From the NCBI GenBank assembly GCA_964512835.1, contig CAZELA010000002.1, forward strand, positions 28,603 through 92,602: DNA of 64,000 nt, given 5' to 3'. Made by a program: the position numbers and the translations under genes. The DNA is from an uncultured Candidatus Saccharibacteria bacterium (GTDB lineage Bacteria > Patescibacteriota > Minisyncoccia > Phycocordibacterales > UBA2100). Positions 53,953 to 62,978 of the stretch are shown here, one piece after another (position 1 is the first letter of the stretch; the number at the start of each line of letters is the position of its first letter). A model generated the notes under the pieces. It worked only from the letters and a program-made list of their open reading frames with translations. It was not told the DNA's origin and made no database searches.

Positions 53953-54341
53953 CAAACCACAAAGACTATTTCGGAGAGGTGGGAGTATGGCACAAGGGTG
54001 CGCGGCATCTTGAGCGTACCTATGTGCTCGGATTTCTGTTTTCGCTGATCCTTACGCTTACCGCGTACACCGTCAGCGTGTACCACATCGTCCCGAAGAC
54101 CGTACTCATTCCGATGCTGCTTGTTCTCGCCTGTCTGCAGTTCATGACCCAAGTGCTCGGGTTTCTCCATGTGAGCGGCGCTCCGGCATCACGGGATCGG
54201 TTGATAGCGCTTCTATACTGCACGGTGCTCGCGCTCGTTCTCGTTGTGGGCTCCATGTGGATCATGATGAATCTGCAGTCACGCATGATGACCGACGCCG
54301 GCACGCAGGAACGCTACATGATGAAAGAGCGGGGTATATAA
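53949..54341 (+). CDS. cyoD: Quinol oxidase subunit IV
   Basis: 130 aa, three transmembrane segments. Position in the operon. Confidence 0.65.
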   Translation: MTNHKDYFGEVGVWHKGARHLERTYVLGFLFSLILTLTAYTVSVYHIVPKTVLIPMLLVLACLQFMTQVLGFLHVSGAPASRDRLIALLYCTVLALVLVVGSMWIMMNLQSRMMTDAGTQERYMMKERGI

Positions 54342-54343
54342 CT

Positions 54344-55192
54344 ATGCTCCGCGACTACTACCGGCTCGCGAAACCGGGGATTGTATACGGGAACCTTCTG
54401 ACCGTTGTTGCAGGATTTCTCTTTGCGTCGCACGCTGCACCGCACCCGATTCTGCTTTCTGCGCTCGTGGTCGGCATGGCCCTCGTCATCGGAGGTTCGT
54501 GTGTACTCAATAATGTTTTTGACCGCGACATCGATGCGCACATGAGCCGGACGAAACTGCGTGCAACCGTGACCGGCACGATTACTGTCACGAGATCTCT
54601 CGCGTACGGCATCGTGCTCATGGTTCTCGGTCTCGTGATCCTCGTGCTGTATACGAATATGCTTACAACCGCTGTTGCGGCCGCCGGTGTGCTTGCGTAT
54701 GTCGGTGTCTATACGCCGCTTAAACGTGTGACCCGAATACATACTCTGATAGGAAGTATTGCAGGGGCGGTTCCGATACTTGCGGGCTACGCCGCATGCG
54801 CGAACGAAATAGGTGCGACCGGCATGCTGCTGTTTCTCATCATGATGCTCTGGCAGATGCCGCATTTTTACGCGATCGCGATATACCGCGCCTCCGACTA
54901 CGCGGCCGCCGGTGTGCCGACGCTGCTCTCAGAGGCAGGAATCAGCGCAACAAAGACCGCAGTACTCGTCTACATTGCGTCGTTCGGTCTGGCACAGGCG
55001 TCCCTATTCGTGATCGGCGCGACCGGGTATGTGTACTTTGTCGTAACCTCGGCGTTTGCCATATCGTGGTTTGTTCGGGCACTTCGCGCATCCGCTGACG
55101 ACGTGCAGTGGGCGAGGGGACTGTTCGGATTTTCGCTCCGCGTATTGATCGCGCTCTCTGCGGCGCTCGCGTTCTCGTCGCTTCTTCCGTGA
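54344..55192 (+). CDS. cyoE: Protoheme IX farnesyltransferase (heme O synthase)
   Basis: MLRDYYRLAKPGIVYGNLLTVVAGFLFAS... UbiA-family motif NNVFDRDIDAHMSRTKLR. Confidence 0.85.
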   Translation: MLRDYYRLAKPGIVYGNLLTVVAGFLFASHAAPHPILLSALVVGMALVIGGSCVLNNVFDRDIDAHMSRTKLRATVTGTITVTRSLAYGIVLMVLGLVILVLYTNMLTTAVAAAGVLAYVGVYTPLKRVTRIHTLIGSIAGAVPILAGYAACANEIGATGMLLFLIMMLWQMPHFYAIAIYRASDYAAAGVPTLLSEAGISATKTAVLVYIASFGLAQASLFVIGATGYVYFVVTSAFAISWFVRALRASADDVQWARGLFGFSLRVLIALSAALAFSSLLP

Positions 55193-55262
55193 CCGATGAA
55201 AGGGTTGCATACCGGTTTTTCATGTGTACTATGTTCGTATATACGAACAAATATGGGACTGT

Positions 55263-55670
55263 ATGGCACTTACCGCGACTAAAGAAGACTATTTACGTGC
55301 GATCTACCGACTCCAGGAAGACGGCGCGCCCCAGGTGCGTGCGATTGACCTTGCTGCAAAACTGAACCTGAGTCGCTCGACCGTATCGGAGCGGCTCCAA
55401 GAGCTCTCGCGCCAGCGCCTGGTGAATTCGCCGAAATACGGCGCGGTATCGCTCACCAAAAAGGGTAATGAAATAGCAGCAAATCTCACCCGCAAGCACC
55501 GGCTTGTAGAGGTGTTCCTGATAAAGATTCTGGGCATGAAACCGTCCGAGGTGCATGAAGAGGCGCACGCTCTTGAACACGCACTCAGCGATACGGTGGC
55601 GGCACGGCTCGAGAAACTGCTCGGATCACCCACGACAGATCCGCACGGCAGGCACATTCCGAAACAGTGA
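55263..55670 (+). CDS. mntR: DtxR/MntR-family metal-dependent transcriptional regulator
   Basis: EDYLRAIYRLQEDG...VSERLQEL helix-turn-helix and a metal-binding His/Glu cluster (HEEAHALEH). Confidence 0.75.
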   Translation: MALTATKEDYLRAIYRLQEDGAPQVRAIDLAAKLNLSRSTVSERLQELSRQRLVNSPKYGAVSLTKKGNEIAANLTRKHRLVEVFLIKILGMKPSEVHEEAHALEHALSDTVAARLEKLLGSPTTDPHGRHIPKQ

Positions 55671-55671
55671 T

Positions 55672-56973
55672 ATGAATACACCTACCAAATCGCTCTCTGA
55701 AGTTCATCGAACCGTTGATGTTCCGAAGACGGCGTCCTTCATTAAAAAACTCATCGCTTTTTCCGGTCCCGGATATTTGGTCGCAGTCGGGTACATGGAT
55801 CCGGGGAACTGGGCGACCGATCTTGCCGGCGGATCGCAGTTCGGTTACGCGCTCCTGTTTGTGATTGCGTGTTCGAGTGTGATCGCGATGATCCTGCAGC
55901 ATCTCGCCGCAAAGGTGGGTATCGTGACGGGGCGCGATCTCGCGCAGTTGTGCCGCGAGTCCTACTCACGACCGGTCAGTCTGCTTCTGTGGATCTCTGC
56001 AGAGCTCATGATCATTGCCTGCGATCTTGCGGAGGTGATCGGGTCGGCGATCGCACTCAATCTACTCTTTGGTATCCCGCTTGCCCTTGGCATCATCATC
56101 ACGGCGGCGGACGTATTACTGCTTCTTCTGCTACAGAACAAAGGCTTCCGCTATCTTGAGGCGCTCATCATGGTTCTGATTGCGACCATCGTCGCATGCT
56201 TCAGTTACGAACTCGCACTCTCTCACCCCATGATCGGACCCATGCTTGCCGGGTTCATACCGACTACGCAGCTGTTTACGAACACCGAAATGCTGTTCAT
56301 TGCACTCGGCATCATCGGTGCCACGGTTATGCCGCATAATCTCTTCATTCACTCATCCGTCGTGCAGACACGACGGTACGAAGAGGACGAGGAGGGGAAG
56401 CGGGAGGCGGTCAAATTCGCGACGATCGATTCTATGATTGCGCTTACAATCGCGTTCTTTGTGAATGCGGCGATTCTGATCGTTGCGGCGGCGGCTTTCT
56501 ACGCAACGGGAAATACGGATGTGACGGAGATACAGGATGCATACCATCTCCTCGCACCCGTACTCGGTGTGTCATTTGCGGGGATATTGTTCGGCGTGGC
56601 GCTCCTCGCGGCAGGGCAGAACTCGACCATCACAGGGACGCTCGCCGGGCAGATCATCATGGAGGGATTCTTGAACTGGCGCATCGCACCGTGGCTACGC
56701 CGCATCATCACGCGGCTTATCGCCATCGTCCCTGCACTCGCGGTGATTCTGTTTTTCCAGGACTACGGCTTGGGCAAATTGCTTGTACTGAGTCAGGTAA
56801 TACTCAGTCTCCAGCTGCCATTCATTGTTATCCCGTTGGTCAGGTTTTCGGGCGATTGGGGACTGATGGGACCGTTCACAAACGGTCGCATGCTCGCGTC
56901 GGTCTCCTGCGGGATCGCCGCGATCCTGGTGGTTCTCAACGGGTGGCTCATCTATTCGGCAATCGTTCTCTAG
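55672..56973 (+). CDS. mntH: NRAMP-family divalent metal (Mn2+/Fe2+) transporter
   Basis: GPGYLVAVGYMDPGNWATDLAGGSQFGY signature. 11 to 12 transmembrane helices. Confidence 0.85.
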   Translation: MNTPTKSLSEVHRTVDVPKTASFIKKLIAFSGPGYLVAVGYMDPGNWATDLAGGSQFGYALLFVIACSSVIAMILQHLAAKVGIVTGRDLAQLCRESYSRPVSLLLWISAELMIIACDLAEVIGSAIALNLLFGIPLALGIIITAADVLLLLLLQNKGFRYLEALIMVLIATIVACFSYELALSHPMIGPMLAGFIPTTQLFTNTEMLFIALGIIGATVMPHNLFIHSSVVQTRRYEEDEEGKREAVKFATIDSMIALTIAFFVNAAILIVAAAAFYATGNTDVTEIQDAYHLLAPVLGVSFAGILFGVALLAAGQNSTITGTLAGQIIMEGFLNWRIAPWLRRIITRLIAIVPALAVILFFQDYGLGKLLVLSQVILSLQLPFIVIPLVRFSGDWGLMGPFTNGRMLASVSCGIAAILVVLNGWLIYSAIVL

Positions 56974-57629
56974 GCTCGCGCAAGCGCAAGCAACGTAACA
57001 TGTGCACCCGCCTCTCGAAGCGGTGCGCCTGCATGCACAAGTGTGGCACCGGTCGTCGCAACGTCGTCTATTACGTACACATACGCATCTCGTACAAGAT
57101 CGGGATCGGACACTGCAAATGCGCCGGCGACATTCGACAGGCGTGCGGCTCGAACCAGTTTCGTCTGCTGTCGGGTCGGGCGCGAACGTTCGAGTACGGG
57201 AGAGGCTATGCGCGAGAGCGTGCCGTTCTTGAATTCATCGGGCAGCGCGTCAGTAACGAGGCCGATCTGGTTGTAGCCGCGGTCGCGGCGGCGTTTGGCG
57301 TCGAGCGGTACCGGTATAAGCAGTACCGGTTTCTGCGAGAACAGTTTTTTTGATGCGATGTCTTCCCGCAGAAACTCTGCGAGTGCGACCGAGAGCAGGT
57401 GTGCGCTTCGAGTCGAGCGGTCATACTTGAGCGACTGGATAGGGTCCTTCAGGTTGTTGTACGTGCCGAGCGTCGTGACTTCCTGTCCGAGCATGGTGTG
57501 CGTCTCAGCGGCCAGGACGAGGTCCTCGGGCTTGAGGTCCTCTGCGCGTATGCGGCGCTCGCTTCGGGGGAGGATCAGGTCGAGGACGGAGCTCAGTATC
57601 TTTGTCGTGCGGTACAGCAAGGCGTCCAT
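56970..57629 (-). CDS. comFC: ComF family protein (ComFC, phosphoribosyltransferase fold)
   Basis: C-terminal PRTase motif VYVIDDVATTGATL. 219 aa. Confidence 0.7.
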   Translation of the reverse strand: MDALLYRTTKILSSVLDLILPRSERRIRAEDLKPEDLVLAAETHTMLGQEVTTLGTYNNLKDPIQSLKYDRSTRSAHLLSVALAEFLREDIASKKLFSQKPVLLIPVPLDAKRRRDRGYNQIGLVTDALPDEFKNGTLSRIASPVLERSRPTRQQTKLVRAARLSNVAGAFAVSDPDLVRDAYVYVIDDVATTGATLVHAGAPLREAGAHVTLLALARA

Positions 57630-57664
57630 CAGGGCATCATACCCGTGTGATACAGTTTTTCTAC

Positions 57665-57994
57665 ATGAACGATCTCACGCAAAAACACTGTGTGCCGTGC
57701 GAAGGGGGAGCATTACCGCTTATGCGCGATGAATCCGCGAGACTGCTCGAACAAACACCTGACTGGACCATCGCTCCTGATGGACTGAGTCTGTCCAGAA
57801 CCTTCACGTTCAAAAATTTCGTCGATGCAATGGCGTTCGCGAACCAGATCACTCCGATCGCGGAAGCAGAAGGTCATCATCCCGACCTGTCGATCGGGTG
57901 GGGGAAGGTGTCGGTCGTGCTTATGACGCACGCAATCGGCGGTTTGTCGGAGAATGACTTTATTCTTGCTGCAAAGATAAACGAAATCCCGTAA
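57665..57994 (+). CDS. 4a-hydroxytetrahydrobiopterin dehydratase (PCD/DCoH)
   Basis: EGHHPD motif. 109 aa. Confidence 0.75.
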   Translation: MNDLTQKHCVPCEGGALPLMRDESARLLEQTPDWTIAPDGLSLSRTFTFKNFVDAMAFANQITPIAEAEGHHPDLSIGWGKVSVVLMTHAIGGLSENDFILAAKINEIP

Positions 57995-58046
57995 ATATTC
58001 TTTTGTTGAGCCGTCATGAGGGATGACGATGCTATAATTAAGCGTC

Positions 58047-59189
58047 ATGGCCTTTTCTTTAGGCGGTTTTCTCAAGAACCTTACTCCGAGCGCGGGTGAA
58101 GGAAGCGTGCTGGGTATCGATATCGGTGCCTCGTCGGCAAAAGTGGTGCAACTCCGCATATCGCGCGGCATGGCGGTGCTGGAAACATACGGTGAAATTG
58201 CGCTCGGTCCCTATGCGCAGCAGCCGATCGGCAAAGTGGTGCGGCTTCCTCCTGAAAAGATCGCTGAAGCGTTGACCGACCTCATGAAGGAGGCGAATGT
58301 GACCGCAAAAACCGCCGGCCTCTCGGTACCGTTCTCGTCGAGTCTTGTTTCAGTTATCGATCTGCCGAAAGTCGATGCCGAATCTCTGAAGCGCATCATT
58401 CCGATCGAGGCGCGTAAGTACATCCCGGTACCGGTCTCCGAAGTTTCGCTCGATTGGTTCGTGCTGCCACCTGACCCCGGACAGGACAGTGCGTTCGATC
58501 AGCTACAGGAAAAGTCCGGTCTGCGAAAGCAGGGACAGGAGGTTTTGCTCGTAGCGATCACGAATTCGATTTTGAACGATTCGCGCGTGGTCATGGAGAC
58601 GGCAGGCGTGAATGCGTCATTCTATGAGATCGAGATATTCAGTTCGATCCGCAGCTCGTCAGGCCACGGTATCGCGCCGATACTCGTGGTAGACCTCGGT
58701 GCTGCAACAACAAAGATGTATATCGTCGAGCGCGGGGTTGTGCGCATGACACACTCGCTCTCGCTCGGCGGTCAGCATATGACCGAGCAGCTCGGGCGAA
58801 CGCTGGGGTGGGAATTTGAAAAATCAGAGCGTATCAAACGCGAACGCGGCCTCATCGATTCGAGTGTGTACTCGATGAGTGAGAACGACCGCATCAAGGA
58901 AGCGTTGTTATCAACACTGTCCCGCGTCTTTTCCGAAGTTAATCGGGTACTATTAAGTTACGGGCAGCGCTACAACAAGAATGTGGCGAGCGTCATTTTA
59001 ACCGGTGGCGGCGCTTCGCTTCCCGGAATTTCCGATATTGCAAAGTCTTCACTGAATGCGCAGGTGAGTATTGCCGACCCGTTCGCGCGCACGGAGGCAC
59101 CGGCCTTCCTCTCCAAGGTGTTGAAGGAGATCGGTCCCGGTTTTTCGGTCTCTGTCGGACTCGCGCTCCGCACGCTCAAGGGCTCATAA
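58047..59189 (+). CDS. pilM: Type IV pilus assembly protein PilM (actin-like ATPase fold)
   Basis: LGIDIGASSAKVVQL N-terminus. 380 aa. A TATAAT -10 box lies 7 bp upstream. Confidence 0.8.
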   Translation: MAFSLGGFLKNLTPSAGEGSVLGIDIGASSAKVVQLRISRGMAVLETYGEIALGPYAQQPIGKVVRLPPEKIAEALTDLMKEANVTAKTAGLSVPFSSSLVSVIDLPKVDAESLKRIIPIEARKYIPVPVSEVSLDWFVLPPDPGQDSAFDQLQEKSGLRKQGQEVLLVAITNSILNDSRVVMETAGVNASFYEIEIFSSIRSSSGHGIAPILVVDLGAATTKMYIVERGVVRMTHSLSLGGQHMTEQLGRTLGWEFEKSERIKRERGLIDSSVYSMSENDRIKEALLSTLSRVFSEVNRVLLSYGQRYNKNVASVILTGGGASLPGISDIAKSSLNAQVSIADPFARTEAPAFLSKVLKEIGPGFSVSVGLALRTLKGS

Positions 59190-59192
59190 CGT

Positions 59193-59909
59193 ATGGATTC
59201 ACCTAATCAATCATCGTTCATTCCTCAGGACGCGGCGTCGTTGTCCGGCTCATCTTCACGCGTGCGTCAGCAGGGCGGTTTGTCGGATCTTATTCTATTG
59301 CTGACGATCGTGATGTTCGTAGCTTCGATAGCGCTCGCAGGGTCCGTGTTTTTGTATGAAGAATACCTGCGCACAAGCGCCGCGAACAAGGTGGATCAGC
59401 TTCAGCGCGCAAAGGATGCATTCGAGCCGTCGCTCATTCACACGCTGACGCGACTCGACGACCGTATGCATGTGGCAGACCAACTGCTTGCGGCACACGT
59501 CGCGCCGACGGCGTTCTTCCAGATCCTGCAACAGGCGTCGCTCCAGACGATCGAATTCAAATCACTCGATTTTGATGCGCAGGATCCGCAGCGCATCACC
59601 ATTAAAATGACCGGGCTCGCGCAGAGTGTGAATTCGATCGCGCTCCAGGCGGACTTGTTCTCGAAAAACGGCACGATAACCAACCCGATCTTCTCGGATA
59701 TCAACCGACAGTTCGACGGCGTGCACTTCAACCTGACAGCGCTCGTGAATCCGACCTCGCTCAACTTCGTGCGTCTCGTAAACGGGCTCAACGATGCTGA
59801 GCGTCCGCAAACTGACCCGTCCGCTGCGCAGCAGCAACAGGTGCCGCAGGAACCGGACCCGTTCGGAGCGGGCGCTCCGCCACAGGGACAGCCGGCACCG
59901 AACCAATAA
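59193..59909 (+). CDS. pilN: Type IV pilus assembly protein PilN-like
   Basis: Single N-terminal transmembrane segment, coiled region, Gln/Pro-rich tail. Operon position. Confidence 0.6.
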   Translation: MDSPNQSSFIPQDAASLSGSSSRVRQQGGLSDLILLLTIVMFVASIALAGSVFLYEEYLRTSAANKVDQLQRAKDAFEPSLIHTLTRLDDRMHVADQLLAAHVAPTAFFQILQQASLQTIEFKSLDFDAQDPQRITIKMTGLAQSVNSIALQADLFSKNGTITNPIFSDINRQFDGVHFNLTALVNPTSLNFVRLVNGLNDAERPQTDPSAAQQQQVPQEPDPFGAGAPPQGQPAPNQ

Positions 59910-59911
59910 AT

Positions 59912-60481
59912 ATGGCTAAAACGATCATTTCATTCGTAGGAATCATTGCCGCCTTCGGTATATTCTTCTTTTATACAAAGCCGACCTATGATTCCGCGCA
60001 GGGGGAGCGTGCAAAGATCGCCGAGTACGACGCCGCACTCGTGAAGGCAAACGAGCTCCAGGAACGCAAACAAGCACTCCTGAAAAAGTACAACGACTTC
60101 TCTCCGGAAGATAAAGACCGACTTCAGAAGTTGCTTCCGGATCACGTAGACAACGTGCGCCTCATTCTGGATCTCGACAATATCGCTTCGCGTCGCGGCA
60201 TGGCCATGCAGAACGTCGTCGTTTCGACGCCGGGCGCAGGTCAGACGGCGCAGACTGCGGTCGGTACCATCAGCTCTTCAAAGCAGAAGTACGACGTGCT
60301 TACGACGAAGTTCTCCACCACGGGCACCTATACACAGTTCCAGCAGCTGATAACCGATCTGGAAACCTCGCTTCGTATCGTCGATATTTCAACGCTCAAG
60401 GTCTCGAAGAACGATCTGTACTCGAACGGTGAACCGCTGTTCTCCTACGAGGTGAGCTTACGCACGTACTGGCTGAAATAA
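59912..60481 (+). CDS. pilO: Type IV pilus assembly protein PilO-like
   Basis: Single N-terminal transmembrane segment followed by a coiled-coil. Operon position. Confidence 0.55.
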   Translation: MAKTIISFVGIIAAFGIFFFYTKPTYDSAQGERAKIAEYDAALVKANELQERKQALLKKYNDFSPEDKDRLQKLLPDHVDNVRLILDLDNIASRRGMAMQNVVVSTPGAGQTAQTAVGTISSSKQKYDVLTTKFSTTGTYTQFQQLITDLETSLRIVDISTLKVSKNDLYSNGEPLFSYEVSLRTYWLK

Positions 60482-60483
60482 TT

Positions 60484-60867
60484 ATGCAGTGGATCAAAAA
60501 GAACATGCTATTGATAGGGATACTCGTCATCGTCATCGTCGGCGGTGTGTGGTACGGCATGTCGGGCGGTGGGGTACAGGAGGGGCCGTTGCTCACCACA
60601 GACGTTGTGAATGACAGCGGTTCACCGACTGAAGACACTGTCGATCGCGACCTGGTGGAAACGCTACTCACGCTCCGCGCAATCACGCTCTCGGGGACGA
60701 TATTCAACGACCCGGCATTCAAGGCACTGCAGGATTTTGGTACCACCATCGTCCCGGAGCCCGTCGGTCGCTCAAATCCGTTCGCTCCGGTCGGTAACGC
60801 TCAACAGGGAAGAGATAGCAACATCCAACAAACCCAACCTCAGACACAGGGCGGCCCCCGACGCTAA
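60484..60867 (+). CDS. Pilus-assembly-associated membrane protein (PilP-like?)
   Basis: N-terminal transmembrane helix, 127 aa. Position between pilO and pilB. Confidence 0.35.
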   Translation: MQWIKKNMLLIGILVIVIVGGVWYGMSGGGVQEGPLLTTDVVNDSGSPTEDTVDRDLVETLLTLRAITLSGTIFNDPAFKALQDFGTTIVPEPVGRSNPFAPVGNAQQGRDSNIQQTQPQTQGGPRR

Positions 60868-60872
60868 CGCGT

Positions 60873-62570
60873 ATGGCAAATCCTGCATTGACGGCGTCCG
60901 GTATCGAAGGGCGCACGCTCGGAGACGCGAAGGTCCCGTACGAAGTGTTGCGCGCAATCCCACAGGAGAGCGCCGAGCACTATCAAATCGCGCCGCTTTC
61001 GATTGTCGACGATGTGCTCGAGGTCGGTATGGTGAATCCCGACTCAATCGAAGCGATCGACGCGCTGAACTTTATTTCCCGAACGAGCGGACTGCCGTTC
61101 AAGGTGTTCAGCATTTCCCGCGAGGATTTCGACAAAGTGCTCACGATGTACCGCGGTCTCCGCGGGGAAGTTGAACAGGCGATAACAGACCTTGCGACGG
61201 AAGGGCCGACTCCGACCGAGGTCGCGTCGACGAAGACCAACGACGACGGTCTCGCCCCGCTCGATCTCGAAGATCCGAATCTTTCAAAGTCGCTCCTCAA
61301 TAAAGACCGGAACATTCAGGAAGATGCGCCTGCTATCAAGATCGTTTCGACGCTCCTGCGCTACGCAATCGACGGCAAGGCGTCCGACGTCCATATTGAA
61401 CCGTTGCCGAGCGGTGTTCGTGTCCGGTACCGAGTAGACGGCGAACTGCATACGAGCGTGGTGCTTCCGATTGCGACACACCGAGCGATTGTCGCACGCA
61501 TCAAAGTGCTTTCATCCATTCGACTCGACGAGCGACGTAAGCCGCAGGACGGACGATTTTCTGCGACGATCGACGGGCGTCAGATCGACTTTCGTGTCTC
61601 AACATTCCCGTCGTACAACGGCGAAAAGATCGTGATGCGTATTCTTGACCGCGAACAGGGCTTCATTCCGCTCGATCAGATCGGTCTGACACCCCGCAAT
61701 CTCGAGATCATGCGACGCGCGATAGCCCGACCGCATGGTCTGATCCTGATCTCAGGTCCGACCGGTTCCGGTAAGTCGACGACATTGTATTCAATGCTCT
61801 CGGAGCTGGATCGTGAACACAAAAATATTCTCTCGCTCGAAGATCCGATCGAGTACTTCGTCGAGGGCATCATTCAGTCCCAGGTGCACCCGGAAATCGG
61901 GTACACGTTTGCCTCCGGTCTCAGAACGACACTGCGTCAGGACCCCGACGTGATCATGGTGGGAGAAATCCGAGACGGCGAAACCGCGAAGCTTGCGATT
62001 CAGGCGGCGCTCACGGGTCACTTGGTACTCTCGACGATTCACACCAACGATGCAGTCGGTACCATTCCGCGTCTGATCGACATGGGTGTGGAGCCGTACC
62101 TGATCTCTCCGGTACTTGTCGCGTCGATCGCGCAGCGACTCGTGCGGCGTTTCTGCGACGGTGCGGCGCAGGAAACTCCGATAACCGAGAGTGCGAAATC
62201 ATTGATCCAGAGCGAAATGTCCTCGTTGCCCGAAAAATACCGATTCCCGGTAAAAGATACCGTGTACGAAGCGGTGCGAACGCCGACATGTCCGACCGGT
62301 ATGCACGGACGACTCGCCGTATTCGAAGTGCTTGAAATGTCGCCGAAGCTCGAGAACGTGGTCCTGAAGAACCCTGTCGAATCAAAACTGTGGGAGGTTG
62401 CGCGCGCAGAGGGTATGCTTACGATGCGCGAAGATGCGATCCAGAAGGTGTTCGAGAAAAAAGTCCCGTTCTCGGAGATCAACAACCTCTCATCTCTCAT
62501 GCTTGCGAACGACGCGGAGACCGAAAAGGAGCTTAAGACCGACGTCGGGGCGGAAGCCTCGGCAGCATAA
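60873..62570 (+). CDS. pilB: Type IV pilus assembly ATPase PilB (GspE family)
   Basis: Walker A ISGPTGSGKSTTLYS. Asp box, His box, and a tetracysteine-like region (CPTGMHG). Confidence 0.9.
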   Translation: MANPALTASGIEGRTLGDAKVPYEVLRAIPQESAEHYQIAPLSIVDDVLEVGMVNPDSIEAIDALNFISRTSGLPFKVFSISREDFDKVLTMYRGLRGEVEQAITDLATEGPTPTEVASTKTNDDGLAPLDLEDPNLSKSLLNKDRNIQEDAPAIKIVSTLLRYAIDGKASDVHIEPLPSGVRVRYRVDGELHTSVVLPIATHRAIVARIKVLSSIRLDERRKPQDGRFSATIDGRQIDFRVSTFPSYNGEKIVMRILDREQGFIPLDQIGLTPRNLEIMRRAIARPHGLILISGPTGSGKSTTLYSMLSELDREHKNILSLEDPIEYFVEGIIQSQVHPEIGYTFASGLRTTLRQDPDVIMVGEIRDGETAKLAIQAALTGHLVLSTIHTNDAVGTIPRLIDMGVEPYLISPVLVASIAQRLVRRFCDGAAQETPITESAKSLIQSEMSSLPEKYRFPVKDTVYEAVRTPTCPTGMHGRLAVFEVLEMSPKLENVVLKNPVESKLWEVARAEGMLTMREDAIQKVFEKKVPFSEINNLSSLMLANDAETEKELKTDVGAEASAA

Positions 62571-62573
62571 ACC

Positions 62574-62972
62574 ATGACGACTGCACCGCATCAGATTATT
62601 CTGCTCGTCGACGACGACGCTTTTTTGCTGCAGATGTACAGCATGAAGTTCAAAAGTGAGGGATTTGAAGTGCACACGAGCACATCTGCACTCGACGCTG
62701 TGGAGCAATTGCGCCACGGACTGTCGCCTGATGCGATTGCCTTTGATATCACCATGCCGGTACACGACGGGTTCTTTCTGCTAGAAACGATCCGGACCGA
62801 GAAGCTGGTGCCGCATGCCAAAAAGATCGCGCTCACGAATCAGCAGAGCGAACAGGAGAAGGCAAAGGCGATCGAACTTGGCGCGGACCAGTACATCATC
62901 AAAGCGACGATGATACCGTCGGAAGTTGTCAACACGGTACGCGCTGCTCTTTCAGGTGATATCACGTCATAA
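62574..62972 (+). CDS. Single-domain response regulator (PilH/CheY-like)
   Basis: ILLVDDDAFLL...D...T...K. A third paralog of the receivers at 49174 and 50065. Confidence 0.75.
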   Translation: MTTAPHQIILLVDDDAFLLQMYSMKFKSEGFEVHTSTSALDAVEQLRHGLSPDAIAFDITMPVHDGFFLLETIRTEKLVPHAKKIALTNQQSEQEKAKAIELGADQYIIKATMIPSEVVNTVRAALSGDITS

Positions 62973-62978
62973 TGTACC

